Positions 36,880 through 46,884 of a DNA stretch of 63,855 bases are shown in pieces. The first letter of the stretch is position 1. Every line of letters starts with the position of its first letter. This DNA is from a virus (taxonomy: Duplodnaviria; Caudoviricetes). Location: positions 1 to 63,855 of IMG/VR virus record IMGVR_UViG_3300022698_000087. The stretch is one strand, 5' to 3'. Below the pieces are notes generated by a model. That model did not search any database and was not told the origin of the DNA. It saw nothing but the letters and a program-made list of their open reading frames with translations. A program made the position numbers and the translations under genes.

Positions 36880-39333
36880 TTACCTCGCGTTAGATTTTTT
36901 CGTTTCCATAGTGTTGACGATGATGTTCTGGCCTTCTGAGCTTCTCATTGCCGCGTAGGCCTTCTCCATGCTGTCAACAACAATGACATTGATGTTCTGC
37001 TGATTTGCTTCTCCGCTGCCGCTCTGAGGCCCAGAGATCTGGTTGTTGGGGATGATTGTGCCGGGCGATGCTGGCTGAAAGACCTCAGGCCCTCGCTCTC
37101 CTACCACGACCGGCATGGCCGGAGTCACGTGACCCCCTAGTGCCTTTCCACCCATCTGACTTCCTAGCGTTCCAAACGCTTTTCCAAGAGGGCCACCTAT
37201 GGCGTTACCTAGAGCCTGGAAAGCCTTCATCAACATCATCTGAGCAAGCAATCTACTAAGATCCGCAATTAGAGAGGATACAAAGCTCTTCCAGTCCATC
37301 TTACCTGTAGCCACAAAGTTGGCCAATGCTGAAGTCATATTATCAAAGGCATTCACCACAACATCTTCAGCCGTAGAAGCGAAGTCACTAATGGTCATCC
37401 CTGCCTTTAGGAATCCACGCTCGATTCCGTCTACTGCAACTGTGGACGTTTCAAGCATCTCATACTTCAGCTCACGCATCTTCAACGTGTACTGATCGAA
37501 GTCAATTATACGCTTATCCTCTGGACGCTGTGACATCTCAGTCCACAGATCATTGAGAGCCTGCACTTCACCAATAAGACGTCCAGCATCACCTGTCATC
37601 TCTTTAATCAACTGACTCTGCACCGGAGTCGGAGACCATCTACCTTCATTTCCACCAACAGGTCCACCTGTATTTCTGGACTCAGCCAGCTTGTCAGCTC
37701 TTCCTAGAAGGTCATCCACCCCTGATCGAACGAGCGTAGACATATTGAACCCACGCATGAACGCTTCGCCTAACGTCTCTCCACTCTTCTCAACCTTGAA
37801 CTTGAATCTACTCATTGAGTTTTCTGCTGTGGCATCTTCGATAGCGTTTCTCATATGGTCCCCGAAGTTTCCGAAACCATCACGAGCTGCATTCTTGAAT
37901 GACAAAGCTGCCTGATCTGAAAACCGTCTTGCCTCTGTTAGATTCCCAGCCATCGCCTGCTTCACAGCGGCCGATAGTGCGATGAGGCCAGCCTTGATGA
38001 ACTGCATTTGCACAGAGAACGCTCTTCCAATTGCATCGAACACAGCAACGATAGAATCCTTCACCCACTCGAAGCCGTCGATCATGAGATTCCATGCTTC
38101 CCGTGCTCTGTCGGGAATGTTTTGGATTACCGCAACAACAACCTGACCAGCACCCACAAAGAATCCAATGAACTTGTCAATGAACGAAGCGACATCCTGA
38201 AGAATCAGCGACAATGTCACTTCGTATTCAGTATTAAGATCTCCGGCATCCATAATTCCAGATATCGAATCCCTCAATGCCGCGTACAGTGTCTTGGCGT
38301 TTTCCCCAAGAACTGTCATTAGGTCCGCCAGAGTGGCAGAAGAGTCATTGGCGATTTTGATCTTATCCGAGTATACAGCTATGGCCGCTGCAGCAGTCAA
38401 GAATAGAGCAGCAAGGGGATGAGCCCGAAGAAGTACTGTACTGAATAGCTTCATCTGTGCAATCACTTGAATTAGATTTCTGAGGAGCACCGTTCCCAGA
38501 ACGGCACCAGCTACTGCTGCCACCCTCCCCAGAAGATCCATATTATCTGCCGCCCACAGAAGAGCCTGTGCAATTCTTGGTGTGATCTGATACGTCTGAT
38601 CCAGTTCTCCAACAAATCTTATGATAGATGACCGAAGAACAGTCATTGCCTGATTGACCGTTGGGATAGTCTTGGCAAATCTGTCTGCAAGGCTTTTCTC
38701 TGCTTCATTGAACGCCTTAATCAATTCCTTTGATGTAAGCCTACCTTGGAACCCAAGCTCTCTAAGCTCACCTCGTGACACTCCAAAGTGATCCTTGATG
38801 ACATCAACAACGATGGGAAGCTGTTCCATGACAGCTCGAAGTTCGTCACCACGTAGAGCGTTCGACGCCAACGCCTGAGAGAACTGAACCATACCCCACT
38901 GAGCTTCGCGAGCAGTTACACCGGACAGGATGATGGCGTGGTTCAATTGAGTAGAGAACCTAACAACGTCATCCATTTCCATGCCCATTTGCTTTGTGTT
39001 GATTGCGACTCGGGAGTACATGTCGATGTTGGCCTCCATCGACGATCTAGTGTCACGACTCATCTTGTACACTGCATCCATAGCGGCATGCAGCTCATAA
39101 TTTCCTTCGGTGACAACGCGGAGCCGGTTAAGCATTGTGGCATACGAATCTGCAAGAAGAATTGTATCCTTCAGCACCTTCGCAGATATCAAACCACCAA
39201 GCACCGTCTTTAGTCGGCTCATTTGGTTTGTGGTTTGGTCTCCAGCCGTACCGATATCCTGGATGCGACGCTTGACTACGCGAGCACCATCCTCGCGAAT
39301 CTCAATTAGAAGTAGCTCTTTGTTATCAGCCAC
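36880..39333 (-). CDS. Tape measure protein
   Basis: Tape_meas N domain (QFSQAL...LRGDEL.AVMEQ), C-terminal GG.V...VGERGPE; GTG start. Confidence 0.92.
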   Translation of the reverse strand: MADNKELLLIEIREDGARVVKRRIQDIGTAGDQTTNQMSRLKTVLGGLISAKVLKDTILLADSYATMLNRLRVVTEGNYELHAAMDAVYKMSRDTRSSMEANIDMYSRVAINTKQMGMEMDDVVRFSTQLNHAIILSGVTAREAQWGMVQFSQALASNALRGDELRAVMEQLPIVVDVIKDHFGVSRGELRELGFQGRLTSKELIKAFNEAEKSLADRFAKTIPTVNQAMTVLRSSIIRFVGELDQTYQITPRIAQALLWAADNMDLLGRVAAVAGAVLGTVLLRNLIQVIAQMKLFSTVLLRAHPLAALFLTAAAAIAVYSDKIKIANDSSATLADLMTVLGENAKTLYAALRDSISGIMDAGDLNTEYEVTLSLILQDVASFIDKFIGFFVGAGQVVVAVIQNIPDRAREAWNLMIDGFEWVKDSIVAVFDAIGRAFSVQMQFIKAGLIALSAAVKQAMAGNLTEARRFSDQAALSFKNAARDGFGNFGDHMRNAIEDATAENSMSRFKFKVEKSGETLGEAFMRGFNMSTLVRSGVDDLLGRADKLAESRNTGGPVGGNEGRWSPTPVQSQLIKEMTGDAGRLIGEVQALNDLWTEMSQRPEDKRIIDFDQYTLKMRELKYEMLETSTVAVDGIERGFLKAGMTISDFASTAEDVVVNAFDNMTSALANFVATGKMDWKSFVSSLIADLSRLLAQMMLMKAFQALGNAIGGPLGKAFGTLGSQMGGKALGGHVTPAMPVVVGERGPEVFQPASPGTIIPNNQISGPQSGSGEANQQNINVIVVDSMEKAYAAMRSSEGQNIIVNTMETKKSNAR

Positions 39334-39757
39334 GGAGCAACCGTCCTTCCCTAAGCACCGCTTTAGCTGCAGCAATCGCAAAGTTGGTCATCCCAGCCCT
39401 TGCCTGCATAGATGACCCTCTATCCAGATCAAAGATATAGCTCACTGGATTAGCGATATAGATGTTTCCTCTGCCTATCTTCCAGCCCTTAATAGCGTTC
39501 GCAGCGTTGGTCAACGCCTCTGCACTGGCCACCTGCCTATTTGTGTCCACACTATCTGTGGCTGGAGGATCGGTGTGCTTTCTTTTCGGAGATCCAAATG
39601 ACGCCTTCCAATTGACCATGGCATTGCCAGTCTTGACCGGCGTCCTCATGATGGCCTCAGATGCTGCAGCGATTGCGGCCTCCCTGATGACTTTACTTGT
39701 GTTTGCCATCATGGTATCACTGACTGCGTTCATTCTGCTCAGAAAGCTCTTGGCCAT
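39326..39757 (-). CDS. HK97 gp10-like tail completion protein
   Basis: TPVKTG....W, I.N...Y...L..G.S.QA. Confidence 0.8.
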   Translation of the reverse strand: MAKSFLSRMNAVSDTMMANTSKVIREAAIAAASEAIMRTPVKTGNAMVNWKASFGSPKRKHTDPPATDSVDTNRQVASAEALTNAANAIKGWKIGRGNIYIANPVSYIFDLDRGSSMQARAGMTNFAIAAAKAVLREGRLLRG

Positions 39758-39763
39758 GGTGTG

Positions 39764-39792
39764 ATTATATCACATATTATAGGACTTTACAA
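39764..39792 (-). promoter_or_regulatory. Late promoter TTGTAA-N17-TATAAT with GTCCTATAA in spacer
   Basis: Consensus -10; only 6 nt between -10 and ATG. Confidence 0.7.
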
Positions 39793-39794
39793 GC

Positions 39795-40130
39795 TTAATC
39801 TTTCTTTTTCCTGGCCACGTGTTTCAAAAATGCTTGATCCATCAGCCGGATATGATATTGCATATCCTCCGACTCTTCCTCATCTAGTTCATGCTTTCTA
39901 CAGAATTCATCTATGTAGAAAGAAGGTATGGGGGCCGGGCCCCACCCCATTGGCCTACAAGTGTTAAGCTCCAAGAACGCCTCAAAGTATAGCTCCAGAC
40001 CGTGTAACAGGTCTGGAGCGTTTTGGATACGTTCAGGGAGCGGTTTCTTCCGCAAGAAGCACTCCCGGATCAGTCTCTTCTCTACCTGACCTAGATCCAG
40101 GTAATAGGTCAGGCAGTCAATCAGTTTCCC
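39795..40130 (-). CDS. Tail assembly chaperone, -1 frameshift extension (gpGT-like)
   Basis: -1 frame open from GGGAAAC: KLIDCLTYY...PERIQNAPDL. Confidence 0.85.
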   Translation of the reverse strand, partial: GKLIDCLTYYLDLGQVEKRLIRECFLRKKPLPERIQNAPDLLHGLELYFEAFLELNTCRPMGWGPAPIPSFYIDEFCRKHELDEEESEDMQYHIRLMDQAFLKHVARKKKD

Positions 40131-40555
40131 GAATCGACTTCGTTGATCTCGGCACGGAACAGAGAGATATTGTCCGCCGTCTTGACGATGTCTTGGAAAA
40201 GATTCTGTTGGGCAGCCAATACGGCCATACAGTTCTCTTCATTGAATGGAAGCTCAATATCGGCATCATCATCGTTCTTGGTGATGATGTCTTTGGTGAA
40301 GCCCTTCCACCCAAGAATGACTGTTCGAGCATAGGCCTTCTGAAAGATCATAGTGAGGATTTCCTCATTGATGGTCTCAGTTTGGATAGCCCTTCGGTAT
40401 GGCTTGCACAGCCGAGCCATTTCCTTTGTGAATCTCTTGTTGGAACCACCGGCCCTAGCCACCCGAAGCTCGACGCCTGGGGCATACTCTATGATAATTC
40501 CTTCCTTCTCGACCGTATCACTGGTCTCATACATCTTACGCAGCGGATTACTCAT
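40121..40555 (-). CDS. Tail assembly chaperone (gpG-like)
   Basis: ARAGGSN, GW.G motifs; ends in slippery site. Confidence 0.85.
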   Translation of the reverse strand: MSNPLRKMYETSDTVEKEGIIIEYAPGVELRVARAGGSNKRFTKEMARLCKPYRRAIQTETINEEILTMIFQKAYARTVILGWKGFTKDIITKNDDDADIELPFNEENCMAVLAAQQNLFQDIVKTADNISLFRAEINEVDSGN

Positions 40556-40577
40556 TGTTAATCTCCAAATCAAAGTA

Positions 40578-40599
40578 GGGCCCAGGGACGTCCTGGGCC
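40578..40599. terminator. GC hairpin after tail tube gene, identical to 43883-43904
   Basis: GGGCCCAGGGACGTCCTGGGCC. Confidence 0.6.
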
Positions 40600-40615
40600 T
40601 GTTGGTTAGTTTTGG

Positions 40616-42154
40616 TTAGGCGGCGGCGTCCGGCAGATAATCCCAGAACATCATCATGAGCGTATGGTCCATGCCATCGATGGCGAGCGATCCAATCGAC
40701 GCTTCATGGGACAATGGCAGCTTGATTGATTCGTCCTTTGTCACATCAAGTGTTCCATCACCAAGGGAGAGTAGAGGGATGTCGAAGGATACGCCACTGT
40801 TTTCCTTCGTGAAGTGGATATCCATAGTGACATCGCTGTTTGCTCTAACCGCAGCAATTGAAGCAACATCAACGAAGAACACAGTGACATCACCAGTGAC
40901 CTGGAAGTCACCGTGTGTGGCGTCAAATGCTCCCAATGTTCCAATGGCCTTATCCATGCTGATATTGTTGTTGATGGTTATGTTCAGCTCTTCAGCGAAT
41001 GCGAACAAGGGCGTAGGATTGGAATCAGTATCACTCACCACGGCCATGTTGATTCTTGGCACGTTGCTTGATGTGTTAAACGCCTTCTCCTCCACAGCTG
41101 AGACTCTGGTACCGCTCTTGATACCCACGGCACCGGTTCTTGTTTCGTGGTCCGTTGCCATGAATGCAAGGTCAATCATGACTTTATCCGAGGTAGGAGT
41201 ATTCACCGTCAGTTCACTCGGAACTGCTCCAACAAGGTACTCAGCCTGAATCTGAGTCGGCTGCGAATTGTCGGGGGCCCCCAGCTTTCGTTCAATGTTG
41301 TATGTTCTGCGAACAATGCTGGTAACGGCTCCTGTCTCATTCTTCAGCACTCTCGGGAAGAAGATCTGAATGGTCTTACCTGCACCGGCGTCAGTAGCTA
41401 GATCTTCCTCTGACTTGTCTATGACAATCTGATTTGCCGCGATGGATCGAACTCGGCATCGTCCCATGCCGCTGGTGTCGAACTGCGTCGCTGCAGAGTC
41501 ACCACCAATGTAGATGAATTCGCCAGGGACGAGTCCAAAATCGGTAAGGTCTTTGGTGGTTGTAGTCAAAACAGGAAGATCCCCGGACGAATCAACTTCG
41601 AGATCTCCAGAGGAGAATTGATAACCTACCTGAACAAGCGTGGCCGTCGCCGGAGGAGTCTCATCAACCACAGTCTCATTGACTGTGAGTGATCCAGAAG
41701 CAGCTGCCGTGACAAGCTTCAAACCATTATTGCTTGCGTTCGTGAAATTGGCTGCGTGAACTAAATCCCCAGCCTCAAATACATCCAAGCCGGATGCAGC
41801 TTCGTAATCATTGCCGGTCCCATCAACATTCGTGATTTCGCTGGACCCACCAAACTCAACCTTCGTGCGAAGGTCGGCGAAGAAGAAACCCTGCATCAGA
41901 TCCTGAAGGCCCTTCTGAACCAAGTCATGATTCATGGTCCCAGCAGCGTCCAGGTCAACGATTGTCCCCTTACGCTTTTGTCGGTCAGTCCGGAACGTGG
42001 TACGAGTCACTTGGGTGATGGTGCCACCGAAATCCGAAAAGGTATTCACGTCCAAGGGACGCCAGACGGGAGAGCCCGGCAGTGTCCCAATGCTGGCCTC
42101 TTCAGCATATGCGGTAGCCACCACATTTGAATTCATCTTATTCACAGCTGCCAC
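40616..42154 (-). CDS. Major tail tube protein
   Basis: EE...G.LP..P.W, RQ..KG...DLDA; 512 aa; precedes chaperone. Confidence 0.85.
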   Translation of the reverse strand: MAAVNKMNSNVVATAYAEEASIGTLPGSPVWRPLDVNTFSDFGGTITQVTRTTFRTDRQKRKGTIVDLDAAGTMNHDLVQKGLQDLMQGFFFADLRTKVEFGGSSEITNVDGTGNDYEAASGLDVFEAGDLVHAANFTNASNNGLKLVTAAASGSLTVNETVVDETPPATATLVQVGYQFSSGDLEVDSSGDLPVLTTTTKDLTDFGLVPGEFIYIGGDSAATQFDTSGMGRCRVRSIAANQIVIDKSEEDLATDAGAGKTIQIFFPRVLKNETGAVTSIVRRTYNIERKLGAPDNSQPTQIQAEYLVGAVPSELTVNTPTSDKVMIDLAFMATDHETRTGAVGIKSGTRVSAVEEKAFNTSSNVPRINMAVVSDTDSNPTPLFAFAEELNITINNNISMDKAIGTLGAFDATHGDFQVTGDVTVFFVDVASIAAVRANSDVTMDIHFTKENSGVSFDIPLLSLGDGTLDVTKDESIKLPLSHEASIGSLAIDGMDHTLMMMFWDYLPDAAA

Positions 42155-42164
42155 GGCAAATCTC

Positions 42165-42590
42165 CTAATCTACAATAAGTTCATACTCGAATTCGGCAAG
42201 AACATCTGATTTGTACCAGCCACCGTCTTGGCCTACTTCTATTTCAGATATCCGCCTAAACCAAATGTCACTATCCGTTGACGCTCTCAATGCTGTTGCA
42301 AATGCATTCGAGAGCGTATCGCTCTTCACTAGCCCATCACCGTAAGTGGTGAAGATTTCAATATTCAAAAAGCCAGTCTGGCGGTGCTTACTTCCGCCGT
42401 CCTTGCGGGCAAGAGAGGATCGATCTCCTACTCTATGCCTGACCGTCGCACGAATCCAATCGACTGATGTGTCGTCTGGCCTCTGATTCTCGTTATCGTC
42501 AAAGAACATGTTGGTTATGGACTGAGCTGTCGCCACGGTTTCAACCAAAGCAAGCATCCAATCTCTAGCGTCAGCTCTTGAAGATATCAT
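42165..42590 (-). CDS. Tail terminator-like protein
   Basis: Position, W.R..V.H, G...I.IF, W....V...F.Y. Confidence 0.7.
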   Translation of the reverse strand: MISSRADARDWMLALVETVATAQSITNMFFDDNENQRPDDTSVDWIRATVRHRVGDRSSLARKDGGSKHRQTGFLNIEIFTTYGDGLVKSDTLSNAFATALRASTDSDIWFRRISEIEVGQDGGWYKSDVLAEFEYELIVD

Positions 42591-42599
42591 TCCTATATT

Positions 42600-42974
42600 T
42601 TACTTTCTCACTTGCAAAATGTAAAGCAAAATATCGGACCCTGACGTGATTTTATCAACACCAACCACATTCCAGGATGATGTATCCAGAGAGTCCACAA
42701 CCTTGAATCCGGACGTAATATCTAGTGTATCACTAGGAATTACTAGAACCTTTTGATCCCCTATCCGAACATGATCCCCATCGATCTGCCGTTCCTTGTA
42801 TCTGACGAAGACTCCGTACATGTTTACAGGAGTACCATCAACCTTACCTCGCCATGCTTTGCCAGCTACTGCCGCAGACCCAGGATGGTAGAGGTTGAGC
42901 GTCCTGCCCTCCTCCTGGATCAACTCCTCAACCCATTGCCACTCTTCAGGAAGTGCCATATCACGCTCTCCCAA
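42600..42974 (-). CDS. Head closure/head-tail joining protein
   Basis: IDG..V..GD, LY.LQVR; position. Confidence 0.7.
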   Translation of the reverse strand: MGERDMALPEEWQWVEELIQEEGRTLNLYHPGSAAVAGKAWRGKVDGTPVNMYGVFVRYKERQIDGDHVRIGDQKVLVIPSDTLDITSGFKVVDSLDTSSWNVVGVDKITSGSDILLYILQVRK

Positions 42975-43479
42975 GTGTGCGTCTTGGAGACTCCAGAAGC
43001 TTAGTCTTTTTCATCTTCCCATCGGCAGCTGGATACGCTTTCCACGGAGTCTTCGATGGGCTTACATACTCCGTTTCTCTTTCAATCACGTCGGCTTTTC
43101 GTCTGGTTCTCTTGACCTGTCGGCCAGATCCATCCACATTGGACGCAGGATACAACGACCCACTCAAAGCAGGCAAGGTATACTCAGCACAGGCCTCTTC
43201 CAGTTCAGTTGGATAGCCATCAAGTTCCCATCCAGTGTTGGGGTCGTAGACCCCAGATCGCGGACACTCGGTGGATTGATCCGAATCCTCCCGAGAGCCC
43301 GCGAACGTCCATCTGGAGTCCATGTAATCCGTTGCCCTGACTATCGCCTGTTGGATTTCCGTATCCGTGGCGGTATAGGCATTTCCTCTCGTGTCGTGAT
43401 AGTCCTTAAAGAACGCGACCGAGATATACGCCGTAGCGTCTGATGCTGGATTATCTGGATCTTGAACTACGAAAGCCAT
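42961..43479 (-). CDS. Head-tail adaptor (DnaT-like family)
   Basis: A.AYISV, A..RATDY.D, G.R....Q....PR. Confidence 0.8.
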   Translation of the reverse strand: MAFVVQDPDNPASDATAYISVAFFKDYHDTRGNAYTATDTEIQQAIVRATDYMDSRWTFAGSREDSDQSTECPRSGVYDPNTGWELDGYPTELEEACAEYTLPALSGSLYPASNVDGSGRQVKRTRRKADVIERETEYVSPSKTPWKAYPAADGKMKKTKLLESPRRTLGRA

Positions 43480-43856
43480 GTTCTCACAACCTCAACAACC
43501 TCGTCCTTTGTCACCGTGGGGTCTTCCATCAACTCCGCGATGTCTTTGATTTTCGGATGAGCAGTAGCGTGTTTATCCACCCACTCCTCTTTATCGATTC
43601 CATTGCAGGCCTCGATGATCTTCATCTGTCGTTCGTTAGGCTCTTTCGCTTCAGGCTCTTTCACTTTCGGTGCCTCTTGCACCTTCGGGATCGATACTTC
43701 CACTTGATAGCATCTCTCGAAATATGTGGTGATGCCAGTGATCTCAGTGGGGGAGCCGATGAACTCACAGTGGCCACCTACAAACTGATAGCCATTCAAC
43801 TTGATTGTCTTCCCCTCCATAGGGCCAGTCAGGGTCATGCGGATTTTGGTATTCAT
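43467..43856 (-). CDS. Head-module hypothetical protein
   Basis: LTGP..GKT..L.GY.F..G; position. Confidence 0.65.
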   Translation of the reverse strand: MNTKIRMTLTGPMEGKTIKLNGYQFVGGHCEFIGSPTEITGITTYFERCYQVEVSIPKVQEAPKVKEPEAKEPNERQMKIIEACNGIDKEEWVDKHATAHPKIKDIAELMEDPTVTKDEVVEVVRTWLS

Positions 43857-43882
43857 TTAACAGTCTCCAAGAATAAGTAATT

Positions 43883-43905
43883 GGGCCCAGGGACGTCCTG
43901 GGCCC
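43883..43905. terminator. GC hairpin after decoration genes
   Basis: GGGCCCAGG-GACGT-CCTGGGCCC. Confidence 0.6.
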
Positions 43906-43918
43906 TTGATCTCAGTTC

Positions 43919-44491
43919 TTAGTGACCACTACCGAGCTTGTACAACAGTTGAGGGGTGGCAACCTGGACAAGCGTAACACTCAACGCAGCACCGGCCGCA
44001 CCTTCATGGACCAGCGTAGTAAAGAACTCGCTGAAATTGATGGTGGGGTCGCTCCAGGTCGTCGGCGGCAGAAACTCACAAGTGACAGTGCTATCACCGA
44101 TGCCGTCCGAAGTCTCAGCAATGGTCAGGACATTGGTGCCCGTATCGTACGCGGCACCCGCGATGGAGTCCGTCGCATTCAGGGCGGTCACAAGCAGAGC
44201 ACCGATAGTGTCGGCGGTAGCACTTTCGGCACCGGTGACAGTCACGGTCTCCACAGCAGCACCTTCGTCATCAACGATAGTGATCTTGGCCCGCCAGCCT
44301 TCCAGGTCGGCAGCATCGGCCATAGCCGTAGCCGTGGCAGCGGCCCAAGCAGCGTCGCTGGGCAGGGCCACAGAGGCCTTAGCCACCTTCAGGGCTTCGG
44401 CTGCGGTATGGGCCACAACGATAAACGTGTCTTTACCTTCTTCAAGAAAGGTCTTCGCAGTCGCGGGCAATTGTACGTGATATAGTCCCAT
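43919..44491 (-). CDS. Putative capsid decoration protein
   Basis: Ala/Thr-rich, after MCP; ATG 44491 with GAGGAG SD. Confidence 0.65.
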   Translation of the reverse strand: MGLYHVQLPATAKTFLEEGKDTFIVVAHTAAEALKVAKASVALPSDAAWAAATATAMADAADLEGWRAKITIVDDEGAAVETVTVTGAESATADTIGALLVTALNATDSIAGAAYDTGTNVLTIAETSDGIGDSTVTCEFLPPTTWSDPTINFSEFFTTLVHEGAAGAALSVTLVQVATPQLLYKLGSGH

Positions 44492-44516
44492 TTGGGTCTC
44501 CTCTATTTCGTGGTTA

Positions 44517-45803
44517 TTAGTTCTTGAACTGGCCGATGATCCTGTTGCTTGTCCCCGTTGACAAGATGTCGAACGAAAGATTGTCAGTGGCCGAACCTTC
44601 TGAAGTGACTTCGTCAATGAACTCAGAAGTCAGATCATTCTCGGCAGCATCAGCAACTGCAACTGTCAACGTCTCATCGCCGATATTGTCGTATGCATCC
44701 CAGGCCAGCGTAAATGTGGCCTCAGATCCAGATCCACCAGTGACCGATACGGGATTCGTAGGGACGACGGAGTACGCCCCAGCCTCAGACACCGTGACGG
44801 CCGTGATGGCTCCATCAGTGACTTCTGACACGGTGAGCGTTGCGGGCGTGGTGGATGTACCCCCAACTACCGTCAGTACATCGTCAACTTCGTAACTTGT
44901 CCCACCATCTGCCACTGCACTCACCGCCGTCACAAATTCGCCCCAGGTCGCCGTGATAGTGCAGCCTGTGCCATTCCCACCGGTGGTGGATACGGGGTTA
45001 CTCGGGGTTGCCGAATACTCTCCTGGCTCAGTGACAGTGACGGTCAAAACTTCACCCGAACCGCCAACAGTAGCGACCGTGACAGTGGATGCTGTGGTAG
45101 CAGTACCACCGGACAGAGTCAGGACATCATCAACCTGATACCCAGTGCCCTGAGTATCACTCACAGCAGCGGTCAGCTTATATGCCCAGGTGAGCGTTAG
45201 CTGGCAGCCGGTGCCCCCGCCGCCCGTAGTGTCGGCGTCATTCGCCGGAGTCGCCGTGTAGGTTCCTGCCTCGGTGATGGTGACTCCAGTGACGGCTCCA
45301 TCTGTATCGACGGTCGCTACGGTGACTGTAGCCGCCGTGGTGGAGGTGCCACCGGAAACCGTCAGCACATCGCCAACCTCATACCCATGACCACCATCGG
45401 CGATTGCGGATACGGCGTCAACGGCTATCTCATCATTACCAAGACCGACAATCAGGGTGCCTGAGATCTCGTTGACAGCATCTACCGTCCACGTAGCGGT
45501 CAGCCCTTCGGCCACCAACAAGGCAGTCAACGCTTCAGCAACCTCTTCCCAGGTGTCACCGCTTACGGCTGTGTACTCTACGCTTACCCCGCCCCCTGTT
45601 TCGACGGAGAACGTAATGCCGCTCAGATTCTGAGGGATCGCCGTGATTGTAGCGTTGTCCCACACTGTATCGTTGTCATTAGTTCGAGCAGCCTTTACCA
45701 GGGCCAGGGCGGCGGTAGAGTCCACGGCCTCGACAATGACCGTAGTGACGCCGTCAAAGACCAGCGACTGGGCAGCAGCAGCTAGAGAGATGTTGTAGAG
45801 CAT
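44517..45803 (-). CDS. Paralogous decoration protein with three inserted beta-rich repeats
   Basis: ATG 45803 (MLYNISL); three ~80-aa 'DGG.GY.V.DVLT..GGT' units. Confidence 0.7.
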   Translation of the reverse strand: MLYNISLAAAAQSLVFDGVTTVIVEAVDSTAALALVKAARTNDNDTVWDNATITAIPQNLSGITFSVETGGGVSVEYTAVSGDTWEEVAEALTALLVAEGLTATWTVDAVNEISGTLIVGLGNDEIAVDAVSAIADGGHGYEVGDVLTVSGGTSTTAATVTVATVDTDGAVTGVTITEAGTYTATPANDADTTGGGGTGCQLTLTWAYKLTAAVSDTQGTGYQVDDVLTLSGGTATTASTVTVATVGGSGEVLTVTVTEPGEYSATPSNPVSTTGGNGTGCTITATWGEFVTAVSAVADGGTSYEVDDVLTVVGGTSTTPATLTVSEVTDGAITAVTVSEAGAYSVVPTNPVSVTGGSGSEATFTLAWDAYDNIGDETLTVAVADAAENDLTSEFIDEVTSEGSATDNLSFDILSTGTSNRIIGQFKN

Positions 45804-45825
45804 CGGAATCTCCAGACAGAAAGCA

Positions 45826-45850
45826 TGGGAGGGACAATGTTGTCCCTCCC
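45826..45850. terminator. Hairpin after major capsid gene
   Basis: TGGGAGGGACAA/TTGTCCCTCCCA inverted repeat. Confidence 0.65.
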
Positions 45851-45862
45851 AATGACCGGTTC

Positions 45863-46780
45863 TTAGTTCGTGATGCCGTCCGCACAGGCGAGGCCGAGCT
45901 GGCTGAACAGTGCCAAGCCGCAATACCACTTGATACGCCAGATGTGCTCATCGGCGTCTTCCTTCTCGCCCACATCGACAACATGCAGACCGTAGGCATT
46001 CTGGGCGGTCAGGCCCATCAGACCGGTCTTACCATCGCCGTCATCGAAGACCCCAGCGAAGATCGTGGTCAACGCGGTTCCGGACCCCTTCGTCTGGGTG
46101 ATCGGGATGTAGTCATTCCGAAGAATGGGAACGCCCGAGTAACTGGGGACATTCCGGCCGCTGGGCAGCGTGAACACTTCCAGCATGGTGACGCCACCAA
46201 GGGCACGCAGCAACGACTTGTACGAACGGATAGTCCTGGCGTGCATCAACATGTAGTCAACGTCGCCGTCCTTGGCCGTAACAAGGTCCAAGGTCTCATC
46301 CATGATCTCAAAGCTCAGAGCCGAGCCGTTGGCACCGGTCGTCGCCTTCTGGCTGGTAGCACACAGGTTAATCAGACCATTGAACTGATTCGCAGCACCA
46401 GTGCCGTTGATGACCTGATTCTGGAAGTTACGACCAGCATTCTTGGCCTTCGACGCGATCTGGACGCCCGTCTGGCTATTCATGGACGAACGAGTCGCCT
46501 CAATCATGCCATCCACCTCGGCGTCACCGATGATCTTAACCAGGGTGCTAGTCACCTGGGTGAAGGTCGCGGCGGACTTCGCCGTGATGGTATCACCAAC
46601 ACCGGCACTCTGGACGTCACCAAGAGCGTTCTCTCGGTTGTAGGCCAGTGCGTTGCCGTCGATGCCAGTAAAAGGCATGAGGTCGTACATGTGGTTGACC
46701 GTGATAATCGACTCAATCAGACCGGCGATAAGCTCATTCTCTGCAAGCTTAGCGGATTCAACTAGGGTAACACTTGCCAT
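45863..46780 (-). CDS. Major capsid protein (HK97 fold, YuA/M6-like)
   Basis: MASVTL.ESAKLA...YNREN...WRIKWYCGLALFS..GLACADGITN; follows scaffold. Confidence 0.92.
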   Translation of the reverse strand: MASVTLVESAKLAENELIAGLIESIITVNHMYDLMPFTGIDGNALAYNRENALGDVQSAGVGDTITAKSAATFTQVTSTLVKIIGDAEVDGMIEATRSSMNSQTGVQIASKAKNAGRNFQNQVINGTGAANQFNGLINLCATSQKATTGANGSALSFEIMDETLDLVTAKDGDVDYMLMHARTIRSYKSLLRALGGVTMLEVFTLPSGRNVPSYSGVPILRNDYIPITQTKGSGTALTTIFAGVFDDGDGKTGLMGLTAQNAYGLHVVDVGEKEDADEHIWRIKWYCGLALFSQLGLACADGITN

Positions 46781-46884
46781 TGCTATTGACTCCTCAGCAT
46801 GTTAGTTCGCAATTTCTTCAAGCACATCGAAGACCATCGCGGTCATGGCCAAGGGTCGCCCTTGCCGGTGCTTCCATTGTGGGT

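Noticed and set aside
45944-46765. Long plus-strand ORFs (also 18659-19447, 40656-41249, 43922-44485)
   Set aside because: Antisense shadows of highly codon-biased real genes
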